Assembly: GCA_041395205.1 (NCBI GenBank)
Contig: JAWLAZ010000002.1
Location: 119,589 to 183,588 of the forward strand
Direction of reading: 5' to 3'
Source: a bacterium
GTDB taxonomy: Bacteria; 4484-113; JAFGCY01
Length of the DNA stretch: 64,000 nucleotides
Part shown: positions 15,982 to 25,980 of the stretch, piece after piece
How the letters are laid out: every line of letters starts with the position of its first letter
Numbering within the stretch: position 1 is the first letter of the stretch
Position numbers and translations under genes: made by a program
Notes under the pieces: model-generated
Told to the model about the DNA's origin: nothing
The model's database searches: none
The model's input: the letters and a program-made list of their open reading frames with translations, nothing else

Positions 15982-16908
15982 CTAGCCAATCTCAGCGTAG
16001 GTGGCACGGAGCACGTCCGCGCTCTTCTTCACACCCTCGAGCTCTTCATCCGACAGCTTCACATCGAGGTAGCCCTCGATGCCGTTGCGGCCGATGATCG
16101 TCGGCAGGGAGAGGGCCACGTTGCCCTCGATGCCATAGGAGCCGTCGGGCACGCTGCTCACGCAGAGCACGCGCTTCTCGTCCAGCAGGATGCTGCGCAC
16201 GACCTCCGTGCAGCTCACGCCCACGGCCCAGCCCGCGCCGCCCTTGAGACGGATCACCTCGGCACCGGCCTTGCGGGTCTCCGCATAGCAGGTCTCGAGG
16301 GTCTCGCGGTCGGTGCAGTTGATGTCGTCAAGCAGCATGCCGGCATAGTTGGCCTGGCTCCAGACGGGAACCATGCTGTCGCCGTGCTCGCCCAGCAGGT
16401 AGGCGTTCACCTGGCGCGGGTCCCAGCCGTACTGCTCAGCGATGATGCTGCGGAAGCGCACGGTGTCCATCACGTTGCCAAGTCCGAAGACCTTCTGGCG
16501 GTTCTTGGAACCCATCAGGAAGGCCCGGTAGGTCAGCACGTCGACGGGGTTGACGACGACCAGCACGATCGCGTCCGGATTGACCTCGTTGAGGGTCTGC
16601 ATCCACTTGTCAACGATGCTGAAGTTGGTGCGCACAAGGTCCAGGCGGGACTGGTCGGCCTTGCGGCGTGCTCCGGCCGGGATCACGACGATGTCGGCGC
16701 CGGCCAGCAGCTTGGGATCGGTGCCCGCGATGATGCGGGTGTTGCTCAGGCAGGATGTGGAATGCATCAGGTCAAGCCGTTCACCCTGGACCGGATCCTC
16801 GAGAATGTCGATCAGGACCAGTTCGTGGCAGATGCCTTCCTTGAGCAGGTCAAAGGCAAAGCTCACGCCCACGCGTCCGGCTCCGCCCACGATTGCTACA
16901 CGACTCAT
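15982..16908 (-). CDS. mdh: malate dehydrogenase, LDH-like family
   Basis: 308 aa. Contains VAIVGGAGRVG, IPAGARRKADQSRLDL, VVNPVD and LGEHGDS (catalytic His). The substrate-discriminating position reads ARRK (Arg) rather than the ARQK of lactate dehydrogenases, which favours malate. GAGGTG Shine-Dalgarno upstream. Confidence 0.85.
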   Translation of the reverse strand: MSRVAIVGGAGRVGVSFAFDLLKEGICHELVLIDILEDPVQGERLDLMHSTSCLSNTRIIAGTDPKLLAGADIVVIPAGARRKADQSRLDLVRTNFSIVDKWMQTLNEVNPDAIVLVVVNPVDVLTYRAFLMGSKNRQKVFGLGNVMDTVRFRSIIAEQYGWDPRQVNAYLLGEHGDSMVPVWSQANYAGMLLDDINCTDRETLETCYAETRKAGAEVIRLKGGAGWAVGVSCTEVVRSILLDEKRVLCVSSVPDGSYGIEGNVALSLPTIIGRNGIEGYLDVKLSDEELEGVKKSADVLRATYAEIG

Positions 16909-17033
16909 GAAATCACCTCTAACACATGTTTGAAGGGACTAAATCTTAGCACCGTCCGCAGCTGGCTTCTGCGATGGAAGACCTCTGGGCTATACTTTTT
17001 GCCAAGGAGGAGGGCCCGCCGGGCCGCCCGGAG

Positions 17034-17657
17034 ATGAGCAGATCACAGCTAGTAAGCCTGATTGCCGCAGCCCTGCTGCTCTGTTGCAGCGCCTGCAGCA
17101 AGGAAGAGGTGGAATCCAGTGAATATCTGGAATTCCTCGGCAGCAACTGGGGCATCGGTGTGGTGCTGGGCTCCAGCCCCGAGACGGTCGAGGCCACACT
17201 CGGCGAAGCCAACTTCGAGATCGCGGCCCGCAACAAGCTCAACACCGACCTGATCTGGACCCCGGTGGAGACCACGGCCCATGCTCTGGATGACAGCCAG
17301 CTGCGTCTGACCTTCACCGATGGTGAACTGACACGGCTGATGTGCATCCGGCACGTCTCCGAGGGCAAGGATGACACCGTGTTCGAGCCGCCCTTCATGA
17401 TGAAGGTCGCGCCGGGCTGCACGCTCGGCTCGCTGAAGACGGACTTCATCAACCATCTCGGACCAGCGAGCTCCGAACGCACCGACAGCCTGATCTGGGA
17501 CTACAACGCGCTGGACGGCAACCGCCTGCGCATCACGGCGGTGTTCAACCTCGACGACGAGAAGGGCACTGCGGTCTGCAATTCGCTGACGGTGCAGACA
17601 GGCAAGTCCCAGGGTGAGTCCCTGGCCGAGGAAAAGAAGAAGGCACCGGTGATCTAG
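17034..17657 (+). CDS. hypothetical lipoprotein
   Basis: MSRSQLVSLIAAALLLCCSAC has a signal peptide with a lipobox. The remaining ~185 aa are not recognised. The start is moved from 16974 to the ATG at 17034, which has GGAG adjacent. Confidence 0.6.
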   Translation: MSRSQLVSLIAAALLLCCSACSKEEVESSEYLEFLGSNWGIGVVLGSSPETVEATLGEANFEIAARNKLNTDLIWTPVETTAHALDDSQLRLTFTDGELTRLMCIRHVSEGKDDTVFEPPFMMKVAPGCTLGSLKTDFINHLGPASSERTDSLIWDYNALDGNRLRITAVFNLDDEKGTAVCNSLTVQTGKSQGESLAEEKKKAPVI

Positions 17658-17672
17658 GAGCAGGCCCCTGCC

Positions 17673-18920
17673 CTACAGCAGTTCGCCGATGGCCCGCGCT
17701 GCCGTGCCCAGTGGATCAGGCTTGCAGACCAGCCCGCGCAGCGTGTCGAACTCCGCCAGCATTGACTCGCGCTCTCCCGGCTCAAACAGCAGGCTGCTGG
17801 CAACATCCACGATCTTTCTGTGCTCACAGTCCTCCTGGATCAGTTCCGGGACCACGGCGCGGTTGGCCAGCAGGTTGGGGAAACCGTAGAAGGGCATCGA
17901 GAAGCGCATCAGCCGCCGCCCGACCCAGGCCAGGGCGGGATGCACGCGGTAGCACATCACGGCCGGGATCCCAAGGATCATGCATTCATGCAGGCCCGTG
18001 CCGCTCTTGACGATCATCAGCGCGCTGCGGGCCATCATGTCGTAGCGGTACGCGCTGTCAATCAGCAGCAGTTCGGTCAGGCCGGCGACGCGGGCGGCAC
18101 TGAGCATGGCCTCGCGCAGTTCCTCATGGGCCACGGGAGCCACTGCGATGATCCGCGGCAGGTCCGGGGCCTCCCGGCAGGCTTCCTGCAGCAGGCGCAC
18201 CGCACGGAAGATCTCCGGAGCGATGTCCGCGATCTCACCACGGCGGCTGCCGGGCATCACGCCGACGATCAGTGCATCGGCCAGGCTCGCCGCGTCCTCA
18301 CCGATCAGGCGCTGGAACTCCGCGTCATCAAGCACGGGCCGGGCCAGCTGGCAGATCGGATGTCCGGGGTAAACGTGCGGAATCCCGAGCTGCTCGTAGG
18401 CATCAAGGCTGACGGGGTAGATCGGGATTGCCAGATCGCAGTACTGGCGGATCATCGCAAAGCGCGGGTTCCTGAGGCTGCGCTGCAGTTCAGCCGGATC
18501 GTAGCAGCTCTCCCAGCGCACGGGGGAGACGTAGTAGACGATGCGCCCCTGGTAGCCGCGCTGGCGCAGCAGCTTCGCGAGGTTGAGGTTCAGGAAGCGG
18601 TTGTCAACCAGCACCACCATCTCGAACCCACCGGCGAGGATGTGGCGCAGGGTCTGCTGCACGATGCGCGAGAAGAAGCTGGCCTTGAAGAGGTTGCGGA
18701 TGATCCCGAGCTCACTCCAGGTGGCCACGTCGTTGATGATCGTCGCGCCGGCGGCCGCAAGCTTCGCTGAGCCGTTGGCCTCGGCCTGCACGGGAGCGAG
18801 ACCGGCCTCGCGGCGCAGTTCCTGCAGGCGGGTGAGCAGGTGCGCGGCATGCATCTCCCCCGAGAGTTCCCCGGTGGAGAAGAAGATGCGCGGCGCTTTG
18901 CTGGAACTGGGATCCGGCAC
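17673..18920 (-). CDS. lpxB: lipid-A-disaccharide synthase LpxB (GT19)
   Basis: Contains RIFFSTGELSGEMHAA, VLVDNRFLNLNLAKLLR, YYVSPVRWE, KSGTGLHECMILGIPAV and NLLANRAVVPELIQ. I prefer the GTG at 18920 (415 aa) because TATAAT lies exactly 6 nt upstream. The track start at 19034 would overlap alaS. Confidence 0.85.
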   Translation of the reverse strand: MPDPSSSKAPRIFFSTGELSGEMHAAHLLTRLQELRREAGLAPVQAEANGSAKLAAAGATIINDVATWSELGIIRNLFKASFFSRIVQQTLRHILAGGFEMVVLVDNRFLNLNLAKLLRQRGYQGRIVYYVSPVRWESCYDPAELQRSLRNPRFAMIRQYCDLAIPIYPVSLDAYEQLGIPHVYPGHPICQLARPVLDDAEFQRLIGEDAASLADALIVGVMPGSRRGEIADIAPEIFRAVRLLQEACREAPDLPRIIAVAPVAHEELREAMLSAARVAGLTELLLIDSAYRYDMMARSALMIVKSGTGLHECMILGIPAVMCYRVHPALAWVGRRLMRFSMPFYGFPNLLANRAVVPELIQEDCEHRKIVDVASSLLFEPGERESMLAEFDTLRGLVCKPDPLGTAARAIGELL

Positions 18921-19023
18921 GCAGGGATTATATGGCAGAGCCCGCGAGACTTCGCCACTGCCGTGATTGCGGCCCGTCCCCGGTGCTGCAGCGGGCTGCC
19001 CTGCACCGTATAATAACGGCCTT

Positions 19024-21795
19024 ATGCTGTCCAATGAGATCCGCGAAAGCTTCCTTGAGTTCTACCGCCAGAAGGGCCACACGGAACTGCCCAGTGCCTC
19101 CGTCGTACCCGTGGCGGACCCCACCCTGCTGCTGATCAACGCCGGGATGGCCCCCTTGAAGCGCTACTTCATGGGCCAGGAGAAGCCCCCCGCCCCCACC
19201 GCCACGAATGCCCAGAAGTGCATCCGCACCATTGACATTGAGCAGGTGGGCAAGACCAACCGGCACAACACCTTCTTCGAGATGCTCGGCAAGTTCAGCT
19301 TCGGAGCCTACTTCAAGGCGGAGGCGATGCGCTACACGATCGAGTGGATGAGCAGCCGCGACTGGCTGAACCTCGACACCTCACGGTTGTACATCACGCA
19401 TCATGAGAAGGATGAGGAGACCCGCAATCTATGGCTGAAGGAACTGGGCTGGCCCGAGGCGCGGCTGTTCGGGCTGGGGGATGCTGACAACCGCTGGGCG
19501 GCCGGGGACACCGGGCCCTGGGGCTATGACACGGAATACTTCTGGGACTTCGCGCCTGACGGCCAGCCGGTGGACCGCGCGCGCTTCATCGAACTGAGCA
19601 ACTCCGGGCGGATAGTTGAGATTGGCAACGATGTGTTCATGCAGTTCCAGCGCGCCGAAGGCGGGTCTGACAGCGAGCTGCCGAACAAGAACGTGGACTA
19701 CGGCGGCGGGCTGGAGCGCTTCAGCATGGTCAAGCAGGACGTCCGCACCGTCTACAAGACGGACTGCATGGACTACCTGATCCGGGGCTTCGCCGAGGTT
19801 GTCAACAGGGCCACGAAGCACAGCCCCGGCGATGACGAACTGTTTGAGCTGGGAAGCCGCGGCTTCAACCCCTACTGGCTGGCCGCGGACCATATCCGCA
19901 CGGCGACGGTGATGCTCGGCGACGGCATCAACCCCGGCAACAACGGCCGCAACTACGTGCTGCGCAAGCTGATCCGCCGCATCATCTCGCGGGCCTTCAT
20001 CCTCGGAGTGCGCGAACCCTTCATCATGGGTCTCAGTGACCTCGTGATTGCCAAGCTCGGCAGCCATTACGCCGACCTGCAGCGCAACCGCGAGCGCCTG
20101 ATCCTGCCCTGGATCACCAAGGAGGAGGAGCAGTTCTTCGCGGTGATGAACCGCAGCTTTGACGACGTGATGGAGCAGGTCCGCAGTGCCCGCGAGAGCG
20201 GCGGCAGCCTGAGCGGCAGCTTCGCCTTTGAGATGTATGACACCTACGGCTTCCCCTTCGAGGTCACGCGTGACCTCTGCGAGCTGGAGGGCGTGGCCCT
20301 GGATGAGGCCGGCTTCAATGAGGAGATGGAGGCCCAGCGCGAACGCGCCCGCAGCGCTGGCAGATTCGAGGGTGACATGGGCCGCCAGGAGGAGACGGCA
20401 CTTGATGTCAAGTTCCTCGGCTACGAGATGACGAGCGCGGAGGTCACGGTGCGCAGCGTGGAAGCGCTGGCGGACATCCGCGGGATCGCGCCGCTGATCG
20501 CCCCGGAGGACCCGAAGAGCGGACCGGCGGTACCGGGGATCCGCATGGTGACGGACTCCACGCCCTTCTACAGCAACTCCGGCGGCCAGCCTGACGACAG
20601 CGGCTGGATGCCGCTTGACGGGCAGAACTATGCAATGCAGTCCGGCAACACGCGCGGCGTACACATCGTGCGCGGTGAGCCGGGCATCGAGGAAGGCAGC
20701 CGCGTGATCATCGCCGTGAACCAGGTGCGGCGTGAAGCCCTGCGCCGCCCGCATACCACGAACCACCTGATGCTGGAAGCACTCAAGCAGGTGCTCGGCG
20801 GTCATGTGACCCAGGCGGGATCACAGCTCAGCGAGGATGAGATCCGCTTTGACTTCAGCCACTTCCAGGCCGCCGGCCGTGAGGAGCTGCAGCGCATCGA
20901 GGAGCTCGTCAACCGCTGGATTATCGAGGACCATCCGGTGGTGCAGGACAGCATGCCGCTGACGCGGGCCAAGGAAATGGGCGTGACGGCGGTCTTCGAT
21001 GAGAAGTATGGCAACGAGGTGCGGGTGATCAGCATCGGCGAGGGTGAGGATGACAGCGTGGAGGGCTGGGTCAGCCGCGAACTGTGCGGCGGCACCCACC
21101 TTGACCACACTTCCCAGGCCTGCCGCTTCGTGATCGTCAAGGAGGAAAGCGTGCAGTCCGGCATCCGGCGGATCTACGCGCTGACCGGCTTCAAGGCCCT
21201 GGCCTTTGCCAACGCCGCGCGTGAGGCCGCGGACGGCCTGGCGCTGCACTACAAGGTGCCGCTGCCGATCCCGACCGGCACGAGTGATCTGGAGGCCTAT
21301 GCCGCGAAGGCCGGTGAATGGCGCGATGAGCTGCTGGGCCGGATCAGCGAAACCGAGCAGTCGGCGCGGGAGGCCCGCCAGCAGGCGGTCGAAGCGCGGC
21401 GTGAGCTGGAAGTGGGCGGCATGGTGGAAGGTCTGGCGGCCCAGGCCCAGGAGCTGAAGGGCCTGCGAGTGCTGGTGCGCGCGGTGGAGCTGGGCCAGCG
21501 CGAGGACGTGAAGTACCTCGTGGAGAAGCTCGGCGGCCAGGTCTGGAAGGACAGCTTCCTCGTGTTCCTCGCCGCCAATGTTGATGGCAAGGCGGTGCTC
21601 GTCGGCAAGCTTTCGAAGGAAGCGCTGGACAGCGGACTGAAGGCCGCGGACCTCGTGCGTGAGGCGGCGAAGATCTGCCAGGGCGGCGGCGGCGGCCGGC
21701 CGGACTTCGCGGAAGCCGGCGGCAAGGACGGCAGCATGAACAGTGCAGCCGCCGCGAAGGTCATGGAGCTCGTCAACGCCGTCCTCGGGAGCTGA
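19024..21795 (+). CDS. alaS: alanine--tRNA ligase
   Basis: Starts MLSNEIRESFLEFYRQKGH. Contains FTNAGM-like INAGMAPLKRYF, the class II core, the editing-domain motif HTTNHLMLEAL ... CGGTH, and a C-terminal DHHA1-like GGGGGRPDFAEAGG. TATAAT (19009-19014) lies 9 nt upstream of the ATG. Confidence 0.95.
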   Translation: MLSNEIRESFLEFYRQKGHTELPSASVVPVADPTLLLINAGMAPLKRYFMGQEKPPAPTATNAQKCIRTIDIEQVGKTNRHNTFFEMLGKFSFGAYFKAEAMRYTIEWMSSRDWLNLDTSRLYITHHEKDEETRNLWLKELGWPEARLFGLGDADNRWAAGDTGPWGYDTEYFWDFAPDGQPVDRARFIELSNSGRIVEIGNDVFMQFQRAEGGSDSELPNKNVDYGGGLERFSMVKQDVRTVYKTDCMDYLIRGFAEVVNRATKHSPGDDELFELGSRGFNPYWLAADHIRTATVMLGDGINPGNNGRNYVLRKLIRRIISRAFILGVREPFIMGLSDLVIAKLGSHYADLQRNRERLILPWITKEEEQFFAVMNRSFDDVMEQVRSARESGGSLSGSFAFEMYDTYGFPFEVTRDLCELEGVALDEAGFNEEMEAQRERARSAGRFEGDMGRQEETALDVKFLGYEMTSAEVTVRSVEALADIRGIAPLIAPEDPKSGPAVPGIRMVTDSTPFYSNSGGQPDDSGWMPLDGQNYAMQSGNTRGVHIVRGEPGIEEGSRVIIAVNQVRREALRRPHTTNHLMLEALKQVLGGHVTQAGSQLSEDEIRFDFSHFQAAGREELQRIEELVNRWIIEDHPVVQDSMPLTRAKEMGVTAVFDEKYGNEVRVISIGEGEDDSVEGWVSRELCGGTHLDHTSQACRFVIVKEESVQSGIRRIYALTGFKALAFANAAREAADGLALHYKVPLPIPTGTSDLEAYAAKAGEWRDELLGRISETEQSAREARQQAVEARRELEVGGMVEGLAAQAQELKGLRVLVRAVELGQREDVKYLVEKLGGQVWKDSFLVFLAANVDGKAVLVGKLSKEALDSGLKAADLVREAAKICQGGGGGRPDFAEAGGKDGSMNSAAAAKVMELVNAVLGS

Positions 21796-21800
21796 AGCCG

Positions 21801-22565
21801 ATGCTGCTGAAACTGACAATCACGGTGCTGGGCCTGCTGCTGGGCCTGGCTGGCAACGCCATGGCGGCGGCCCCCAAGGGTGCGCGCGAACTCACACTCA
21901 CGACCACTGACGGGCACAGCATCGCCGCCTGGTACTGGAAGCCGCAGAAGAGCGGTGCGCCGGCGCTGATCCTGCTGCACATGCTGGGCAGCGACAAGTC
22001 CGCCTACAGCGACATGGCGGCGAAGCTAGTTGCCGAGGGCTATGCCGCGATCGCCATCGACCTGCGCGGACATGGCGACTCGCTGTTCCCGGATGGCGGT
22101 AACCCCGGCTTCAGGGCCCTGACGGAATCAGACTTCAGCGGGATGCTGAATGACGTGAAGGCCGCACACGAGTTCCTGGCAACACAGCAGGATGTCGACG
22201 CAGAGCGTGTCGGGGTGATCGGGGCCAGCATCGGTGCCAACCTGGCGATCATCTACGCCTCCTCCGACCTGCGCGTGCGCACGGCGGTGGCACTGTCGGC
22301 GGGCGATGACTACAAGGGCCTGCGCCCGTCCTCATTCATCGAGCGCTTCGGACGGCGGCCACTGTACCTGATCTGCGCGAAGGGCGACGACTACAGCTGG
22401 CAGAGCAGCGTGGCGCTGGAGAAGCTGGCAACGGCGGCGGATCCCGTCAGCCTGCGCGTGTTCGAAGGCAAGGCACACGGCACGAAGCTGCTGGAGGAAC
22501 ATGCCGGCCTGGATGACACGATCGTCTCCGGCTGGCTGCTGAATTACCTGCCACCCAAGCGCTGA
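21801..22565 (+). CDS. secreted alpha/beta-hydrolase
   Basis: 254 aa. Signal peptide LLGLAGNAMAAAP, then LILLHMLGSDKS, DLRGHGDS, and the nucleophile elbow GASIGAN. Confidence 0.75.
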   Translation: MLLKLTITVLGLLLGLAGNAMAAAPKGARELTLTTTDGHSIAAWYWKPQKSGAPALILLHMLGSDKSAYSDMAAKLVAEGYAAIAIDLRGHGDSLFPDGGNPGFRALTESDFSGMLNDVKAAHEFLATQQDVDAERVGVIGASIGANLAIIYASSDLRVRTAVALSAGDDYKGLRPSSFIERFGRRPLYLICAKGDDYSWQSSVALEKLATAADPVSLRVFEGKAHGTKLLEEHAGLDDTIVSGWLLNYLPPKR

Positions 22566-22619
22566 AGCTGTCCCCGCCCCTGCACTGCGGCCATCCGGAA
22601 CCGGCCGCGGGTCAACCAC

Positions 22620-22829
22620 TCAGACGGCGAGCGCAGCCTGACGCACATGGTCCACGCGGATGCAGACCACCGCTTCGAATGGCACGTGGTAGCTGCCTTC
22701 GCAGTCCCCGGCCTTGATGATGAACATCCGCTGTCCATTGTTGACTTCCAGCAGCCGTCCGCAGACATCACTGCCGAAGCTGGTGCGGATCCGCACCTCT
22801 CCATCGCAATTCACAAGATCATCAAACAT
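22620..22829 (-). CDS. small hypothetical protein (69 aa), possibly Sm-like beta-barrel
   Basis: MFDDLVNCDGEVRIRTSFGSDVCGRLLEVNNGQRMFIIKAGDCEGSYHVPFEAVVCIRV. AGGGTGA lies ~8 nt upstream of the ATG. The fold assignment is speculative. Confidence 0.4.
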   Translation of the reverse strand: MFDDLVNCDGEVRIRTSFGSDVCGRLLEVNNGQRMFIIKAGDCEGSYHVPFEAVVCIRVDHVRQAALAV

Positions 22830-23055
22830 CCACTAATCACCCTGAAGAATTCTCCCGTAACCGGAAGCTGCTGGATTGTACCGGGGCTCAGATCACGGGG
22901 GGTTACAGGGTCATTAAATCTGTGGATATGTATGAAACACACTTAACAAACGTTAAGTATTGGATGCCATTTCACAAGCAGTAATCAGCACTTTTCCCCG
23001 GGAATGCGTGAAGCTGTTGGTTCGTGTGAAACATTACCCGCGAACTGTCCGGAGA

Positions 23056-23712
23056 TCAGCTGATCCAGCGCTGGGCGATCCCGCAGCAGACATCCGCTGC
23101 GGCATGCAGATGCGTGCGGAATTCCCGTGAGAATTCCTCCAGCGCCGTATCCCCCACCTGGTTGCTGACGAACTTCAGTGACCAGAGCGGCAGGCCCAGC
23201 AGGCTGCAGAAGCTCGCGAGACCGTAGAGCTCCATGTCCTCGAGCTCGGCTGCGGGGAAGTCCGGACGCTCGCGGGCCTCACGCGTGCTGAAGCTGCAGC
23301 CGGAATTGCAGCGGCAGGCCGGGATGCCCTGCTCGGCCGGCAGGCCACCGGAGAGCCTGAGCGGCGGATGGTGCTTCTCCATCCCGGAAAGGGGCAGCTG
23401 CAGGTCCCACTTGGCAACCTGCTCCACGCAGCGCAGCCGGCCCGCAGGCAGGCGTGCCGCGGCATAGGCCCCGGCGGATCCGAAGTTGGCAACGGCTTCG
23501 ATGGCGGGATGCTCGCGCAGGGCCAGGCCGGCCATCGCCGCCATGTTGTGGGCCCCGATCCCGCTGACCGCCAGCAGCAGCGGCCCGCGCCGGTACAGGC
23601 TGCGCAGGGGATCGGGCCGCGCGATCTCCACGAGCCCCAGCCCGCTGATCAGCGGCTGGGCTTCCTCGCGCATCGCGACGAGCAGCAGGTGGCTTGCGGA
23701 CTGGCTGTGCAT
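23056..23712 (-). CDS. nucleoside phosphorylase family-1 protein (MTA/SAH nucleosidase or futalosine hydrolase-like)
   Basis: 218 aa. Contains LLLVAMREEAQPL, LLLAVSGIGAHNMAAMAG, ANFGSAGAY, NSGCSFS and ELEDMELYGLA, the layout of the PNP_UDP_1 family. Confidence 0.65.
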   Translation of the reverse strand: MHSQSASHLLLVAMREEAQPLISGLGLVEIARPDPLRSLYRRGPLLLAVSGIGAHNMAAMAGLALREHPAIEAVANFGSAGAYAAARLPAGRLRCVEQVAKWDLQLPLSGMEKHHPPLRLSGGLPAEQGIPACRCNSGCSFSTREARERPDFPAAELEDMELYGLASFCSLLGLPLWSLKFVSNQVGDTALEEFSREFRTHLHAAADVCCGIAQRWIS

Positions 23713-23758
23713 GACCTATCCTCCGCAGTATACGTCGTGTAGTGACAGGGGCGGCGGG

Positions 23759-25969
23759 ATGTTCAGTTTCGTCATTGAGCGCGTCTACCTGCAGGTTCTG
23801 CTGCTGTTCTCGCTCGGCATCGCACTCGGGGGCCAGCTGGGAATGCCGGCGGGGATGCCCGGCCTGGCCTTCTGGCCGGCGCTTGTGCTGCTGGGCTGCC
23901 TGCTGGGCCTGCACTGGCTCTGGCATGCCTCCGGCAACTGGCTGGCCCGGCTACCCGCAGCGCTGGCACTCTGCCTGTGTGGCTACCTCTACTGCGGCAT
24001 CGCTGTCCAGCAGGTCACGCGTGCGCCGCTGAACGCTGTGGCGGGGGAGGAGGACATCGCCTGCACGGCCACGGTGCGCAGCCTGCCGAAGTACCAGCGT
24101 GGGCACCTGCGCTTCATTGCCGAGTTCAGCCGCGCGGGTGAGCTGGAACGTAGCGCCGGACTGGGACGTTGCCAGATCTACCTGCAGTGTGAACCGGACT
24201 ACCTACTCAGCCCCGGGGACCGCTTCAGCTTCCACGGCCTGCTTGAGGAAGTCGAGAACCCGCGCAACCGTGGTCAGTTCAACTACCGCGCCTATCTGCT
24301 GCAGCGTGGCACGCTGCTGAGCTGCTATATCCCGAGCGAGCGCTTCCTGCGCATCGAGGATGACAGCGGCAGCCAGCGGCTGGCCTGGCTCACGCGGCTG
24401 CGCGGCCGGCTGACGGCGAGCCTGACCGCCGGTCTGCCGGAATCGCGGCGGGACCTGGCGGTGAGTGTGGTCTATGGCGACAAGATCACGGACCTCGATG
24501 AGGAACTGCAGGAGCGTTTCCGCCGGGCCGGACTGACGCATATCCTCGTTGCCAGCGGCACGCAGGTCAGCCTGCTGATCGTGCTGATGGCGATGATGCT
24601 CTGGCGCAGCCCGCGCGGCTTCGACGCCCGCGGCACCTGGATCAGTCTGCTGCAGTTCCTGGTGACGATCAGCGTGGTGGCAATCTATGCCGGGATCACG
24701 GGCTATGAGACGAGCATCGTACGCGCCCTGTGCATGGGGATCCTGCTTTGTGCCGGGCGGCTGTTCCTGCGGCGCGTGGACGGATTGTCAACACTCTCCC
24801 AGGCTGGGCTGATCCTGCTCCTGACCCAGCCGCTGCAGCTCTTCACCCCGGGCTTCCAGCTGAGCTTCCTCGCGACCTTCGGGCTGATCTACCTGATGGG
24901 GATCCTCAGCCCTTACGCCGTGGGGCTGAATGGCTGGCGGCGCTTCCTGACGGATGGCCTGCTGACAACGGGTGGAGCACAGCTGTTCGTGACCCCCGTG
25001 CTGGCGGCGAGCTTCCACCAGTTCTCACTCGTGGGCCTGCTGAGCAACCTGCTGGCGGTGCCGCTCTCGCTCGTGCTGCTGGTCTGCGGAGCGCTTTCCA
25101 GCTTCGGGCTGAGTGCGCTACCGGGTGTCGGCAACCTGCTGAACTGGCTCGTGGGCAGTATCGCTGGATTACTGGACGGACTGGCGGCCTTCTTCGCCGG
25201 CCTGCCCTTCTCCAGCATCGCCGTGCCTGCTCCACCGGGAATCGTGATCGCGGCCTTCTACCTGCTGGTGCTGCTGGCGGGTGAATGGCTGCGCAACCGT
25301 GAGCGCATCAGCCTGAGGCAGCTGGCCGTGCTGCAGCCGGCCTGCCTGCTGCTGGGCTGGATCTGCGCCGGCTGGGTCGCCGGACGCCTGCTGCTGCCCA
25401 GTCCGGAGCTGGCGGTGCTGCGCCTGGAACGCAGTTTCGCGGTCTACCACGACAATCCCGTGGAGGGCCGCTGCCTGCTGGCCAGCAGCTACTGGCTGAG
25501 CCGCCGCCACAATGCCGACAACCTGCTCAGCGCGCTCAAGGCGCGCGGAGTGAACAGGCTCGACCGTGTGTACTGGATCGATGACATCCCCGACGACAAT
25601 CCGCTGCAGAGCCTCAGCCCCGAGCAACTGTTGCTTGAGTCAGCCGAGGACGCGCCCTTCGAGCTGCTGGCCGGAGCGGATGGAGATACGGCGGGGATCA
25701 GTTGCAGCCTGGGCAGCGGCAGTGCCGCGGTGCTCTGGGACAGTCAGGCAGCAAGCTGTGAACTGGATGCGGGTGTGGTGGTGCTGGTGGCCAGTCAGGG
25801 CTGGGAGCCTGGCGCGGAGAACATCGGAGAGCTGGAACAGGCCCAGGTATGGCTGTCGGTGGATGCGGAGGGAGAAGCGGCGATCGCGGGGATCAGGGAA
25901 AGTTCGGCTGAGATAAGCATGAAGCCTGCCCCGTGGGACAGGCTTCTGTCATTCAGGCTGCTGCGCTAG
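23759..25969 (+). CDS. comEC: ComEC/Rec2 DNA internalisation channel protein
   Basis: 736 aa from MFSFVIERVY. N-terminal OB/DUF4131-like region, then the competence domain (FRRAGLTHILVASGTQVSLL ... QLSFLATFGLI ... LLSNLLAVPL). The track start at 23486 overlaps the upstream gene and is rejected. Confidence 0.8.
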   Translation: MFSFVIERVYLQVLLLFSLGIALGGQLGMPAGMPGLAFWPALVLLGCLLGLHWLWHASGNWLARLPAALALCLCGYLYCGIAVQQVTRAPLNAVAGEEDIACTATVRSLPKYQRGHLRFIAEFSRAGELERSAGLGRCQIYLQCEPDYLLSPGDRFSFHGLLEEVENPRNRGQFNYRAYLLQRGTLLSCYIPSERFLRIEDDSGSQRLAWLTRLRGRLTASLTAGLPESRRDLAVSVVYGDKITDLDEELQERFRRAGLTHILVASGTQVSLLIVLMAMMLWRSPRGFDARGTWISLLQFLVTISVVAIYAGITGYETSIVRALCMGILLCAGRLFLRRVDGLSTLSQAGLILLLTQPLQLFTPGFQLSFLATFGLIYLMGILSPYAVGLNGWRRFLTDGLLTTGGAQLFVTPVLAASFHQFSLVGLLSNLLAVPLSLVLLVCGALSSFGLSALPGVGNLLNWLVGSIAGLLDGLAAFFAGLPFSSIAVPAPPGIVIAAFYLLVLLAGEWLRNRERISLRQLAVLQPACLLLGWICAGWVAGRLLLPSPELAVLRLERSFAVYHDNPVEGRCLLASSYWLSRRHNADNLLSALKARGVNRLDRVYWIDDIPDDNPLQSLSPEQLLLESAEDAPFELLAGADGDTAGISCSLGSGSAAVLWDSQAASCELDAGVVVLVASQGWEPGAENIGELEQAQVWLSVDAEGEAAIAGIRESSAEISMKPAPWDRLLSFRLLR

Positions 25970-25980
25970 CGCGCTGTGGT

